Positions 1-9,976 are shown, numbered from the stretch's first letter. The stretch: DNA of 64,000 bases from an uncultured Azospirillaceae bacterium (GCA_964564675.1 CAZMBI010000007.1:9171-73170), one strand, 5' to 3'. A program made the numbers and translations. The notes: generated by a model from the letters alone, not told the origin.

Positions 1-254
1 TGGGCGCTTATGTGCTGACCGCCTGCGTGCTGCTATTCGTCGGCTGGCGCTGGGCGATGGCGCCTATCGGGGAACGGCGGCGACTGATCATGCTTACCAG
101 TGCTATTTTTGCACAAATGATTCTGGGTATTGCCACCGTACTGTATATCGTGCCTATCGGACTGGCCTCCGCGCATCAGCTACTGGCGCTGGTTTTGTGG
201 GTGTTGATGTTGCGCGAGTGCTTTTTGCGGCAACGATTAATATTCAGTAAATAA
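1..254 (+). CDS. ctaA: heme A synthase (CtaA/COX15 family), C-terminal fragment; 5' end outside window
   Basis: The frame is open from the window edge to a stop at 252-254. The product is hydrophobic, and the segment LGIATVLYIVPIGLASAHQLLALVLW resembles the last His-bearing helices of COX15/CtaA. Confidence 0.5.
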   Translation, partial: GAYVLTACVLLFVGWRWAMAPIGERRRLIMLTSAIFAQMILGIATVLYIVPIGLASAHQLLALVLWVLMLRECFLRQRLIFSK

Positions 255-360
255 TGAGAAATCAATTCATTAGCCTGGCATTTTTTTAACTGAATCGGTT
301 GCAATCCTGGCTATGAAGTGGCATAGTAACAAACTACAAAATGATAATTTTTAAGACACC

Positions 361-1599
361 GTGATCGATTACCATTCGCATTTTACCGACGCGATAACAC
401 GCCTGCACGCCGAAGGGCGCTACCGCCAGTTTAATGATCTGGAACGTATTGTCGGGCGCTTTCCCGTCGCCGTCAGTCATCGCACCAACAGGGAAGTCGT
501 TGTCTGGTGCGCCAATGATTATCTGGGCATGGGCCAGCATCCAGACGTTATCGCCGCCATGACCGGCACGATTGAAGCCATGGGCGCCGGCTCCGGCGGT
601 ACGCGCAACATCTCGGGCACCCACCACAAGCTAGTCGAGCTGGAAAACACCCTGGCCGAATTACACGGCAAGGAATCGGCGCTGGTGTTTACCTCTGGCT
701 ACATCGCTAATGAGGCATCGCTGAGCACGATCGGTTCGATCTTAAAGGACTGTGTGATTTTTTCAGATTCGCTGAATCATGCCTCAATGATTAACGGCAT
801 CCGCCACAGCCCGGCGGAAAAGAAAATCTTCCGGCATAATGATGTCGCGCATCTGGAAACCCTGTTGGCGAATACGCCGCATCGCTGCCCGAAAATCATC
901 GCGTTTGAATCGGTCTATTCGATGGATGGCGATATCGGCCCGATTGCCGAGATATGCGCTCTGGCACGCAAATATAACGCGATGACCTATCTTGACGAAG
1001 TCCATGCCGTAGGTATGTATGGTCCGCGCGGCGCAGGCGTCGCCGAACGCGACGGATTGATGGACGAAGTGGATATCATACAGGGCACGCTGGCCAAGGC
1101 ATTCGGCCTGATGGGCGGATATATCGCTGCCTCCGCTGCGATTATCGATACCATTCGCTCCTATGCGCCCGGCTTTATTTTCACCACCTCGCTGCCGCCG
1201 GCGCTGGCCGCCGGCGCCAATGCAAGCATCCGCTATTTGATGGAAAGCAACAGCGAACGCGCGGCGCATCAGGAAAGGGCCCAGACCTTCAAGGCCATGC
1301 TGGCGCAGGCCGGTATCCCGCAGATTGATAACAACACGCACATCGTGCCGGTGCTCATCGGTGATCCGGTATTGTGCAAACAAGCTTCCGATCTGCTGAT
1401 CGAGGAGCACGGCATTTATGTGCAGCCGATCAATTATCCGACCGTGCCCAAAGGTACCGAGCGGCTGCGCTTTACCCCGACACCGTTCCACAGCCATGCG
1501 ATGATGGAACAGGCCACCGAAGCGCTGGTCGCCGTTTTTGAAACGCTGGGTATTCAGCGGCGCTCCAGCGCTGTTGCCCAATGCCGCCGCCACGCTTAA
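361..1599 (+). CDS. hemA: 5-aminolevulinate synthase
   Basis: 412-aa ORF with a GTG start. The N-terminus [24 protein letters not shown] and the PLP-lysine motif GTLAKAFG are typical of ALAS (alpha-oxoamine synthase family). Confidence 0.95.
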   Translation: MIDYHSHFTDAITRLHAEGRYRQFNDLERIVGRFPVAVSHRTNREVVVWCANDYLGMGQHPDVIAAMTGTIEAMGAGSGGTRNISGTHHKLVELENTLAELHGKESALVFTSGYIANEASLSTIGSILKDCVIFSDSLNHASMINGIRHSPAEKKIFRHNDVAHLETLLANTPHRCPKIIAFESVYSMDGDIGPIAEICALARKYNAMTYLDEVHAVGMYGPRGAGVAERDGLMDEVDIIQGTLAKAFGLMGGYIAASAAIIDTIRSYAPGFIFTTSLPPALAAGANASIRYLMESNSERAAHQERAQTFKAMLAQAGIPQIDNNTHIVPVLIGDPVLCKQASDLLIEEHGIYVQPINYPTVPKGTERLRFTPTPFHSHAMMEQATEALVAVFETLGIQRRSSAVAQCRRHA

Positions 1600-1852
1600 G
1601 CGCGACCTCGCCCGCAAAGACGGATGGGGTGCGATGATGATACATCTCCTCCCCCATCGCTAGCCCTGTTGTGCAAACACGGGGTTAATAAAAAACGCGC
1701 CAACGACGATCATTATGCATAAAATACACCTAGAATTTTTTCTGACGAAAAATTCGGGGAATGACATGTAAGAAGAGCTTTTGCGAAAGGTTTCTATATG
1801 AGCATGCATGGTGCTGGCCATTGTCACTGTCCGAATCAATCGGGCAATGACA

Positions 1853-2779
1853 TTAAGGGCGTGCAGCTGCCACTGATAAGTGCGACGCGACACGTCCATC
1901 ATTTTCGCGGTCACTGATCTGTAACTCCGGCTCATTATATGCATCAATAAACGGCTCAATCATTTCTTTTGTGTCGCGCTCTGCCCATTCTTTTATCCCG
2001 CTGGCATTATAAACATGACGTAACACCGGCACATTTTCAATCTGCTGGATGGTATCTTTATTCTTCTCCAGCAAGCCAAAAAAGCTATGAACCATATGCA
2101 TACATAAATAAGCCACACCAATTGAGACCATGGCACCAAGCGGGTGAAGCAAACCCATCACCGTTAGCATCGTGCCACGTGCAGCCAGCGTATGCCACAT
2201 TTCCGGATGGGTGGCAATTTTGCCGGTGCGTTTGGCATAAGCCATTGCCTGCCCCAGTGGCGTATCATCTTCGGCCTGCGCATGTTCGGCCAGCTCCTGC
2301 CATAAATCCTGAAATGTGCGCCCCGTATCATAAAGCGCCATTCCCATATGCGCGAAATGTGCCAGCTCACCGTAAGGCAAATCCGGCAGACCTATTTTTT
2401 CCCCCACAGTGTGCGCATCATAGATCGGACTGTGATGTATTGATTCAGCGCCTTGCAACTGATTCCAGAAATCTACGAAGTCTAATCCGAACAACGTGAA
2501 ATTTTCAGCCGATAAATCAAACAGCGGATGATTATCCAGCCCCCAGCTTCCGGGATTCAGATAATCCAGATTATTTGAGGCGATTGCCGCAGCATCCGCT
2601 GGCAGATGGCCTTCTGCACTGGGCACGCCCATTTCTAGCGCCGCCAGACCCACCGAGCTATTGAGAATGGTTTTGTTACTGCGGCCACGTAGAAGCTCAT
2701 CAGCAAACTGGCTGAATCCTTTGGCCATATCTGTTGTCATACCATCATGATTAACTTTCATCATGTCGTCGTGCTTCAT
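1853..2779 (-). CDS. hypothetical protein (308 aa) with one long hydrophobic segment
   Basis: Long ORF whose ATG overlaps the stop of the upstream 219-aa ORF (ATGA at 2776-2779). I recognise no family. It has a hydrophobic stretch of about 35 aa, GTMLTVMGLLHPLGAMVSIGVAYLCMHMVHSFFGLL. Confidence 0.6.
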   Translation of the reverse strand: MKHDDMMKVNHDGMTTDMAKGFSQFADELLRGRSNKTILNSSVGLAALEMGVPSAEGHLPADAAAIASNNLDYLNPGSWGLDNHPLFDLSAENFTLFGLDFVDFWNQLQGAESIHHSPIYDAHTVGEKIGLPDLPYGELAHFAHMGMALYDTGRTFQDLWQELAEHAQAEDDTPLGQAMAYAKRTGKIATHPEMWHTLAARGTMLTVMGLLHPLGAMVSIGVAYLCMHMVHSFFGLLEKNKDTIQQIENVPVLRHVYNASGIKEWAERDTKEMIEPFIDAYNEPELQISDRENDGRVASHLSVAAARP

Positions 2780-3435
2780 CGACTTGCAGCTTTCCTGCAG
2801 CTCAATTCTTTTTCAGTTGGAGTATAGCTGGCACAAAAATTTTCCATCAACTCTATGCTACCTTCGATAATGTCATCTGCTAAAAAAGGTGCCATCGTAT
2901 TTAGATTCACCTGCTCTACCACATCGCGTGCACGATTAGGATACATACCCTGCAATTCTGTAACCTGATAACGATCGACAATGCCATTGGCTTGCTCGCC
3001 TTCGTAATCAACCAGCCCAGCCAGGACCCCTCCTGCTACCTGATCCCACTGTTGCGCGAGTTCTTCGCCCATATTCTGCTTTAAGTCTGAAAACGTCTGT
3101 GCATTACCATTTGGTGACAGTAACAATGAAAAACTTTGAATATGGCTAAGTTCGCCACTGTCTAACAAACCATCTGCTGCAGCACGGGCAAAACGATATA
3201 GCACAAGTTGATCTGATGAATCAGGCACGGCTGTTGCGTTAAGAAAGCTGATCATCAACCCGTCATACGCATCAATAAAGGCCTGTTGTTGCGAAGTCAG
3301 TTCGTTACGGCTGATCTGTCCATCCAGATAATTGCCAAGCCACTTTTCACCATCTGCGCCCATTATATCACGTAGGCGCTGTGTGCGGTTGTCATTGTCG
3401 ATGGGTTCGAAATAATGCGGGCAATCCTGATTCAT
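2776..3435 (-). CDS. hypothetical protein (219 aa), acidic, no recognised family
   Basis: Long ORF translationally coupled to the 308-aa ORF. An AT-rich 385-bp intergenic region lies upstream, and the coding sequence itself looks AT-richer than its neighbours. Confidence 0.6.
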   Translation of the reverse strand: MNQDCPHYFEPIDNDNRTQRLRDIMGADGEKWLGNYLDGQISRNELTSQQQAFIDAYDGLMISFLNATAVPDSSDQLVLYRFARAAADGLLDSGELSHIQSFSLLLSPNGNAQTFSDLKQNMGEELAQQWDQVAGGVLAGLVDYEGEQANGIVDRYQVTELQGMYPNRARDVVEQVNLNTMAPFLADDIIEGSIELMENFCASYTPTEKELSCRKAASR

Positions 3436-3559
3436 ATGCGTATCCTGTTAAAAAAGTATTTTACACAGCTATTTTTTATATAACAATGCATCATGACAAT
3501 TTGATTACAATGACGCCTATTTTTCTGATATTTTATATTGGAAAATATTGCTAACTGAC

Positions 3560-3753
3560 TTTATCCTCCGCACAAAGACGCTCGCTGCGCGGCGGAATCC
3601 CGCCTCACGGGTGGCTTCATTGTCGATTAACAACATTAATCGACAATATCTGTGGTTTACGTCCGGCGAACATTCGAACGCGGTTGGGGTGTTATGAGCA
3701 ATGATCCTGAACCGTGCTCAGGATGACGGGGCTTGCATCGCGTGAGCTTTTTT
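3560..3753 (+). ncRNA. candidate structured RNA (sRNA or 5' leader of the citE-like gene)
   Basis: A GC-richer island lies inside an AT-rich intergenic region and contains four consecutive hairpins. They are GGCGG-AATC-CCGCC near 3591-3605, a perfect 12-bp stem at 3619-3647, ATCCTGA-N7-TCAGGAT at 3704-3724, and GCTTGC-AUCGC-GTGAGC followed by T6 at 3731-3753. I found no promoter, and the strand is inferred only from the T-run. Confidence 0.25.
3619..3647. repeat. perfect 12-bp inverted repeat ATTGTCGATTAA-N5-TTAATCGACAAT
   Basis: Read directly from the sequence. It lies between the divergent 219-aa gene and the citE-like gene and could be an RNA hairpin or a dimeric operator. Confidence 0.9.
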
Positions 3754-3820
3754 ATAAAAATTCTTATAATACTCACAATGTAACCAAATTTGCGCTAATT
3801 TGCTTTTCGCCAGCCTATAA

Positions 3821-4693
3821 ATGGTAATGAGTGTGATGCCTCCGCCTTTGTATCGTTCCGGCTTGTATGTGCCCTGCGACCATGCGCGCGCCATGGCGAA
3901 AGCGGTCAGCCTGCACGCCGATCTCATCATCTTCGATCTGGAAGACGGCGTCGCACCGGAGCAAAAAGCAACCGGCCGCCACCACCTGGCTGAATGGTTT
4001 AATACCTATGCCGGTCAGCGCCGGCAGCATGTGCATTATCTGTTGCGCGTGAATCATCACAACACCCTAGATTATGAGCAGGATCTGGCCCTGGCGCAAG
4101 ATTTACCGCTTGATGGGCTGATGCTTTCCAAAACCGGCGGCAAGAATGATATTGACCGGATAATCGCCGCCCTGAGTCAGGCTAATCGCGGCGATCTGCC
4201 GATCTGGTGCAATATTGAAACGCCGCGCGGCGTCTGTCACGCGCAGGCTATCGCCGCGCATCCACATGTGAGCGGTATGGTCGTGGGCACCAATGACCTG
4301 GCCAATGATCTGCGTGTTCGGCGTACGCCTGAACGTACGGAGCTGATGTATTGCCTGCAGGCCGTGCTGACAGCCGCCCGCGCCTTTCGGCGCCCGGTGC
4401 TGGACGGCACCTATGTCGCACTTGAGGACGAAGCCGGGCTGCGAGCAGAGGCCGAACAGGGCCGCATGCTCGGCTTTGACGGGAAAACGCTGATCCACCC
4501 CAAACAGATCCCGGTGGCGAATGCGGTGTTCGGACCGACGCCGGCGGATATTGCTGAAGCCGAGGCAATCATTGCTGCCTATGAGCAGGCCATGCAGGAG
4601 GGCAAGGCAGTCACACTGTTAAACGGACGGATGATCGAACGGTTGCATTATGAGCGGGCGCAGGAGACGCTGGCGATTGCCGAAGCGGCATAA
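3821..4693 (+). CDS. HpcH/HpaI aldolase / citrate lyase beta subunit-like (CitE, malyl-CoA lyase-like) protein
   Basis: RSGLYVPCDH followed by ADLIIFDLEDGVAPEQK, and later GFDGKTLIHPKQI, match the CitE-family pattern. The start could be 3821 or 3833. Confidence 0.85.
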   Translation: MVMSVMPPPLYRSGLYVPCDHARAMAKAVSLHADLIIFDLEDGVAPEQKATGRHHLAEWFNTYAGQRRQHVHYLLRVNHHNTLDYEQDLALAQDLPLDGLMLSKTGGKNDIDRIIAALSQANRGDLPIWCNIETPRGVCHAQAIAAHPHVSGMVVGTNDLANDLRVRRTPERTELMYCLQAVLTAARAFRRPVLDGTYVALEDEAGLRAEAEQGRMLGFDGKTLIHPKQIPVANAVFGPTPADIAEAEAIIAAYEQAMQEGKAVTLLNGRMIERLHYERAQETLAIAEAA

Positions 4694-4701
4694 TCGGCCG
4701 A

Positions 4702-5883
4702 TCAGTCAACCGAGCGGCCGCCTGCACCTCTTTCGATTTCCGGCCTGATTGTCGGCCAGTCAATTATCGCGTCGCGCACCGTGTGATACGGATATTTGCT
4801 TTCCGCTTCAGGCGTTAGCGGTTTGCGCTCCTCCAGCGCTTTTTGTACTTGCTTGAGAATATCCATTTTGGATTCGCCGTCCTTTTCCATGCCGTTTACC
4901 AGATCAATATAGCCACGGTCATACATGGCCGTTTCATATAACGGATGCTGGTTAGCAATTTCGGCAATACGCACCATATATTCCCTGAAAGGCAGCACCT
5001 CCGCGCCTTCGGTAAAGCGCCGCAACCAGCGCAGCTTATCATCCAGTTTGGGGCCTTTCTCATCATTGATGATGCCTGTTTCTTCAAAATAGTTTCGAAT
5101 GCGACGCACCTGGGCGATTAAGGGGCTTAGCGCCGACTCGCTGAAAAACTCCTGAAATATCTTATCCAGATCCTCGCGGGTGCTGGCTTTTTCCATCTTT
5201 TTATCTTCATATGCCGCAAAAACCCTATCGTATATGGGATTGCCCCGTTCGTTATGATTGGCCGGATCAGACAAGGCATAGTCAAGCTGACGCCAGTTAT
5301 ACGCCTCTACAAAGACAGGAAGCAGCGGGTCTTTGATGATGCGCTTATCCTCATTACCGGTGATGCTGGCGGGCACAATGCCGGTTTGCAAAATGGCCAG
5401 TCGGTCTTTAAATGCCGGGAGCTGATCCAGTCTGGCTTGCTCCGCTTCACTCAGCTGCTTCTTCTGTTTGAAATGCGGCTTCAGCTTCTCAAGCCCTTTC
5501 ACTTCAATGACAAACATGGTCAGGGAAGTGGGCTGGCTTTGATGTGACGATTGGACGGAGTGCGTAAACGGTTCCGGGGGGAATTGCGTAGGTTCAACGA
5601 GTGTAACCCCTTCATATTCATCCCGCTGCAACGCGTTCAGGTCAATGCCTGTTTCTTCGCGCAGTTCATCGCAGGCCGTTTTCCAGTGTCGGTCCGGATC
5701 TTCTTTATATTTTTTTTCAACCGTGCCCTTGGCGATATTATACCCTTTGACGTTTTCCCCGTAACGCCCGAGCGAATACGGGGCAAGGACATACCATTCG
5801 CCGTTTGTATGCTCGGCAAGCACGACTCCTGCCTTCTCGCTTTTGTATCTAGTGGGTGAGGTGTCTAGCGCTGATGCCCTCAT
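4702..5883 (-). CDS. Nudix-domain protein with an uncharacterised C-terminal domain of about 250 aa (paralog 1)
   Basis: The N-terminal region contains a Nudix catalytic-helix-like motif, ACDELREETGI. The C-terminal region is clearly paralogous to the upstream gene (LRWLRRFTEGAEVLPFREYM...NQHPLYETAMYDRGYID). Confidence 0.75.
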   Translation of the reverse strand: MRASALDTSPTRYKSEKAGVVLAEHTNGEWYVLAPYSLGRYGENVKGYNIAKGTVEKKYKEDPDRHWKTACDELREETGIDLNALQRDEYEGVTLVEPTQFPPEPFTHSVQSSHQSQPTSLTMFVIEVKGLEKLKPHFKQKKQLSEAEQARLDQLPAFKDRLAILQTGIVPASITGNEDKRIIKDPLLPVFVEAYNWRQLDYALSDPANHNERGNPIYDRVFAAYEDKKMEKASTREDLDKIFQEFFSESALSPLIAQVRRIRNYFEETGIINDEKGPKLDDKLRWLRRFTEGAEVLPFREYMVRIAEIANQHPLYETAMYDRGYIDLVNGMEKDGESKMDILKQVQKALEERKPLTPEAESKYPYHTVRDAIIDWPTIRPEIERGAGGRSVD

Positions 5884-5888
5884 AGGGA

Positions 5889-7124
5889 TTATCGCGTCAC
5901 TTCAGCCGGCGTCTGCGACTGATGATGACCTTGTTTGCGTCGCTGCGGATAAAAATGCGGCGAGTTCTGGTTGTGAGGACCGGCAAGCTTCTCAATCGAG
6001 CCCAAATGATAGGAAGTGTCAAACTGAATATCCGCGATTTCCGTACCGGGCTTGTCGACCGTCTGTTCGCGCATTTTTTCTTTTTCACGGTTGACGATGC
6101 TCATCCCCACTTTTGCCACCACGTCGGCCGTTGAATCACACACCTGCAACTGCTGGTTTTCTTTATCGATATAGCGCTGATCAAACGTCGCCAGGGAATA
6201 AAGCGGATTTTTCTGGGCCAGCGCATACATGCGATAGAGGTATTCGTCCAGCGGCAGGATATCGGCGCTTTCCTGAAAATAACGTAGGGGTCGGTTCTTG
6301 GTGTCCAGATTAATCCCGTCTTTGCGCGTAATGATGCCTTCCTTGAGCAAATGTCTCTTGATCTGATCCATTTGCACTTTCAGCTCGCCCAGGATTTTTT
6401 TACCAGAAAAATCTTGCCACAGCATATCGAGTTCTTCCGGCGTATCGATCACATCTTTTTTAGCCGTGGGTCGGTAATAAGCAAACAGAGCATCGTAAAT
6501 GGTGCTGAGCAACGGATATTGAAATAGTTCGACATCCTGCGGGAACTGACTGTATTCATCCATCTGTAACGGCACAATGCCGTTGCGCGCAATCTCTATG
6601 AGACGCTGGGTTGAGGGATATTTAAACTTTTCGGCGAGCGTATTAGCCCATATTTCCTTGGGAATGCTCTGATCATCATCCGTGACCTTATGCTGCTTTT
6701 GCAGATCACGGCGCTGGATATAAGGCGCCAGGCCGTGGATATTATCGACTTTAACAGCAAACAAATGCAATTGTTGCGGGTTGCGCCCGTTGGATTGCAC
6801 GAGCGTAGAAATCAGCGGCGCTTCAAAGTCGCATTCGAGCATGCGCACGCCCGGATAATTATTGGTTAGCAGCCGCGTCAGATTGAGGCCGACTTCTTCT
6901 TCAAATTCGCGGGTGGCCGCTTTGAAGGCGTCGCCGCGGTCGAGCCGATCAACATCCCCCTTACCGATGCCATACGCCTTATCACCGTCCGAAAACCGTC
7001 CTTCGGACCAGGGCGCAACGACCATGATCTGATTTTTGCCGTTTTCATCCTTTTCCACACTGTAAATGATCAGCCCGGCTTTTTGCGGGTAGCGCGTGTT
7101 CATATATCCATCGTGCGATATCAT
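5889..7124 (-). CDS. Nudix-domain protein with an uncharacterised C-terminal domain of about 250 aa (paralog 2)
   Basis: REFEEEVGL matches the REUxEExGU part of the Nudix box. The C-terminal segment LRYFQESADILPLDEYL...KNPLYSLATFDQRYID aligns with paralog 1. The gap to paralog 1 is 5 nt. Confidence 0.75.
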   Translation of the reverse strand: MISHDGYMNTRYPQKAGLIIYSVEKDENGKNQIMVVAPWSEGRFSDGDKAYGIGKGDVDRLDRGDAFKAATREFEEEVGLNLTRLLTNNYPGVRMLECDFEAPLISTLVQSNGRNPQQLHLFAVKVDNIHGLAPYIQRRDLQKQHKVTDDDQSIPKEIWANTLAEKFKYPSTQRLIEIARNGIVPLQMDEYSQFPQDVELFQYPLLSTIYDALFAYYRPTAKKDVIDTPEELDMLWQDFSGKKILGELKVQMDQIKRHLLKEGIITRKDGINLDTKNRPLRYFQESADILPLDEYLYRMYALAQKNPLYSLATFDQRYIDKENQQLQVCDSTADVVAKVGMSIVNREKEKMREQTVDKPGTEIADIQFDTSYHLGSIEKLAGPHNQNSPHFYPQRRKQGHHQSQTPAEVTR

Positions 7125-7327
7125 ATATGCTTCCTTACTTATTAAGACATTAGCAGATGCGAAACGACCTGTTCGTGAACCTTTTGTTAAAGTTGCAAAG
7201 AAATCAGCGGCCTTCGTCGAAATTGTATTTTGGACGCCAGGCGCCCTGAATAATCGCTGGATTCCTACTTGAATTTAGCTATAATTCCGATTAACTTATA
7301 ATTATTCCAAAGTAGAAAGGAAGAAGC

Positions 7328-7729
7328 ATGCCTGCGGCGAAACATCAACGTCCCCTATCCCCGCATTTACAGATTTATAAGCCCCAGATATCTTCTGTTT
7401 TATCGATTTTTCATCGCATTACCGGTGCCGCCTTGGCGGCAGGTACGCTAGTACTCGTCGCCTGGCTTTGGGCAGCGGCGTATGACGGTGAATATTTTGC
7501 CGACTGGCAGTCTTTTTTCGGGCACTGGCTCGGTCAGGTGCTGCTTATTGGCTGGACATTCGCCCTGAGCTATCATTTCGCTAACGGCATTCGCCATCTG
7601 TTCTGGGATATGGGCAAAGGCTTTGAGTTGCAGAATATGGCGCGCAGCGGTATCGCCGTGGTACTGTTTGCCGGCGCGGCCACCGCCGGCATCTGGGTTG
7701 CCGTATTTAATCACATCAGTGGAGCGTAA
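7328..7729 (+). CDS. sdhC: succinate dehydrogenase cytochrome b556 subunit
   Basis: RPLSPHLQIYKPQISSVLSIFHRITG signature, three TM helices, and first position in the sdh operon. Confidence 0.9.
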   Translation: MPAAKHQRPLSPHLQIYKPQISSVLSIFHRITGAALAAGTLVLVAWLWAAAYDGEYFADWQSFFGHWLGQVLLIGWTFALSYHFANGIRHLFWDMGKGFELQNMARSGIAVVLFAGAATAGIWVAVFNHISGA

Positions 7730-7735
7730 CCGGTT

Positions 7736-8137
7736 ATGGCACAGAAATCCTCTTCCATTCGTTCCCCGCTGGCTAAAGCCCGCCATCTGGGCTCGGCGAA
7801 AGACGGCGTCGGCCACTGGTGGTGGCAGCGCATCACGGCGATTATCATGGCGCCGCTGATGGTGTGGTTTGTGTATTCCCTGCTGGCGCAGGTGATGGGC
7901 CAAAGCCGTGAGGGCGTGGCGGACTGGTTCGCCTCGCCGCTGGTGGCGGTGGCCAGCCTGGTATTGCTCAGCGCCATGTTTTTTCACGCGCGCCTAGGCG
8001 TGCAGGTGATCGTTGAGGATTATGTTCACCAGCCGGTAGCGAAATATATCCTGTTAATCGGGAGTATTATCGGTTTTGCGCTGCTGGCTGTCATCAGCTG
8101 GATCGCCATTTTAAAGCTGCATATTTTAGGCATATAA
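7736..8137 (+). CDS. sdhD: succinate dehydrogenase hydrophobic membrane anchor subunit
   Basis: HWWWQRITAI motif, a 133-aa membrane protein located between sdhC and sdhA. Confidence 0.9.
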   Translation: MAQKSSSIRSPLAKARHLGSAKDGVGHWWWQRITAIIMAPLMVWFVYSLLAQVMGQSREGVADWFASPLVAVASLVLLSAMFFHARLGVQVIVEDYVHQPVAKYILLIGSIIGFALLAVISWIAILKLHILGI

Positions 8138-8164
8138 CAACCAAAACACGATTGGAGACACGCT

Positions 8165-9976
8165 ATGGCAACCAACGGACATCATGCCGCCCCCACCTAT
8201 CCGATTCAGGACCATTATTACGATGTGGTGGTCGTCGGCGCCGGCGGCGCCGGTTTGCGCGCGACATTCGGCATGGCGATTGAAGGATTGTCCACCGCCT
8301 GTATCACCAAAGTATTCCCCACGCGCTCGCATACCGTGGCGGCACAGGGCGGTATTTCCGCCGCACTGGGCAATATGAGCGAGGATGACTGGCGCTGGCA
8401 TATGTATGATACCGTGAAAGGATCGGACTGGCTGGGTGATCAGGATGCAATCGAGTATATGTGCAAAAACGCGATGGAGTCAGTCATCGAGCTGGAACAT
8501 TACGGCGTGCCGTTCTCGCGCACGACGGAAGGTAAAATCTATCAGCGGCCCTTCGGCGGGATGACCACGCGCTATGGTGAGGGCACTGCCGTGCGCACCT
8601 GCGCCGCCGCCGATCGCACCGGACATGCCATCTTACACACGCTGTATACTCAGGCCCTGCGCCATGATGCGGCGTTTTTTATCGAATATTTCGCACTCGA
8701 TCTGCTGATGGACGATGAAGGAGCCTGCCGCGGCATCATCGCCTTAAATTTGGAAGACGGCTCCCTGCACCGCTTTTATGGGCAGCAGACGGTGTTGGCT
8801 ACCGGCGGTTATGGCCGGGCTTATTTCTCCTGCACCTCGGCGCACACCTGCACCGGCGATGGGGGTGGCATGGCCGTACGCGCCGGCATTCCCCTGCAGG
8901 ATATGGAATTTGTGCAGTTTCATCCCACCGGCGTGTATGGCGCGGGCTGCCTGATTACCGAAGGGGTGCGCGGCGAAGGCGGCTATCTCGTGAACTCCGA
9001 GGGTGAACGCTTTATGGAGCGTTATGCGCCATCGGCCAAGGATCTTGCCTCGCGTGACGTGGTCAGCCGTTCGATGACGATGGAAATCCGTGAAGGTCGC
9101 GGCGTCGGCCCGAATAAGGATCATATCTATCTGCATCTGGATCACCTGGATGCCGGCGTCATTCATGAACGCCTGCCAGGCATCGCCGAGACGGCCAAGA
9201 TTTTCGCCGGGGTAGATGTTACGCGCGAGCCTATTCCGGTATTGCCGACGGTGCATTACAATATGGGCGGTATTCCCACCAATTATCACGGCGAGGTGGT
9301 CACGCTTAATAACGGTAATCCGGATGCGATCGTGCCGGGGTTGATGGCCATTGGCGAGGCCGGCTGCGTATCGGTCCACGGGGCCAATCGCCTGGGCTCC
9401 AATTCGCTGCTGGATCTGGTGGTATTTGGCCGGGCAGCCGCACACCGTGCGCGCGAGACGGTCAAGCCCGGCGCCTCGCATGCCCCCTGCCCGCAGGCCG
9501 CCACCGACAAGGCGCTTGCCCGATTTGACAGGATTCGTCATGCCGACGGCGGTTCGCCCACCTCCCAGATTCGCCTGAATATGCAAAAGGCCATGCAGGA
9601 GCATGCCGCCGTGTTCCGTACCGAAGCGTTGCTAGAGGAAGGCGTGCAGAAAATGGATACGATTTATCATGCCTATGACGATTTACGGATTAATGATCGC
9701 GGCTTGATCTGGAACAGCGATCTGGTGGAAGCGCTGGAGCTGGATAATCTACGCTCGCAATCGATGGCAACTATCGTCTCGGCGGCCAATCGCAAGGAAA
9801 CGCGCGGCGCACATGCGCATGAGGATCATCCCGACCGTAATGACGAGGAATGGATGAAACATACGCTGTGCTGGGTGGATGAGGATGGCCGCTCGATGAT
9901 TGATTACCGGCCGGTGCATCTGAACACGCTGACCAATGAAGTGCAGGCGTTCCCACCGAAAAAAAGGGTATATTAG
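8165..9976 (+). CDS. sdhA: succinate dehydrogenase flavoprotein subunit
   Basis: 603 aa. Contains the FAD-binding motif [13 protein letters not shown], the covalent-FAD His region [10 protein letters not shown], and the HPTG and RLGSNSLLD motifs. Confidence 0.97.
   Translation: MATNGHHAAPTYPIQDHYYDVVVVGAGGAGLRATFGMAIEGLSTACITKVFPTRSHTVAAQGGISAALGNMSEDDWRWHMYDTVKGSDWLGDQDAIEYMCKNAMESVIELEHYGVPFSRTTEGKIYQRPFGGMTTRYGEGTAVRTCAAADRTGHAILHTLYTQALRHDAAFFIEYFALDLLMDDEGACRGIIALNLEDGSLHRFYGQQTVLATGGYGRAYFSCTSAHTCTGDGGGMAVRAGIPLQDMEFVQFHPTGVYGAGCLITEGVRGEGGYLVNSEGERFMERYAPSAKDLASRDVVSRSMTMEIREGRGVGPNKDHIYLHLDHLDAGVIHERLPGIAETAKIFAGVDVTREPIPVLPTVHYNMGGIPTNYHGEVVTLNNGNPDAIVPGLMAIGEAGCVSVHGANRLGSNSLLDLVVFGRAAAHRARETVKPGASHAPCPQAATDKALARFDRIRHADGGSPTSQIRLNMQKAMQEHAAVFRTEALLEEGVQKMDTIYHAYDDLRINDRGLIWNSDLVEALELDNLRSQSMATIVSAANRKETRGAHAHEDHPDRNDEEWMKHTLCWVDEDGRSMIDYRPVHLNTLTNEVQAFPPKKRVY

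Noticed and set aside
784-1617. 277-aa ORF antisense to hemA.
   Set aside because: The opposite strand carries an unmistakable ALAS sequence. The antisense product is Arg/Ala/Gly-rich, as expected for a shadow ORF in GC-rich coding DNA.
1660-1959. 99-aa minus-strand ORF overlapping the 3' end of the 308-aa gene in another frame.
   Set aside because: Most of it lies in AT-rich, apparently non-coding DNA and it overlaps a better ORF. I see no ribosome-binding site or recognisable motif. A frameshifted extension of the 308-aa gene cannot be excluded, but nothing supports it.
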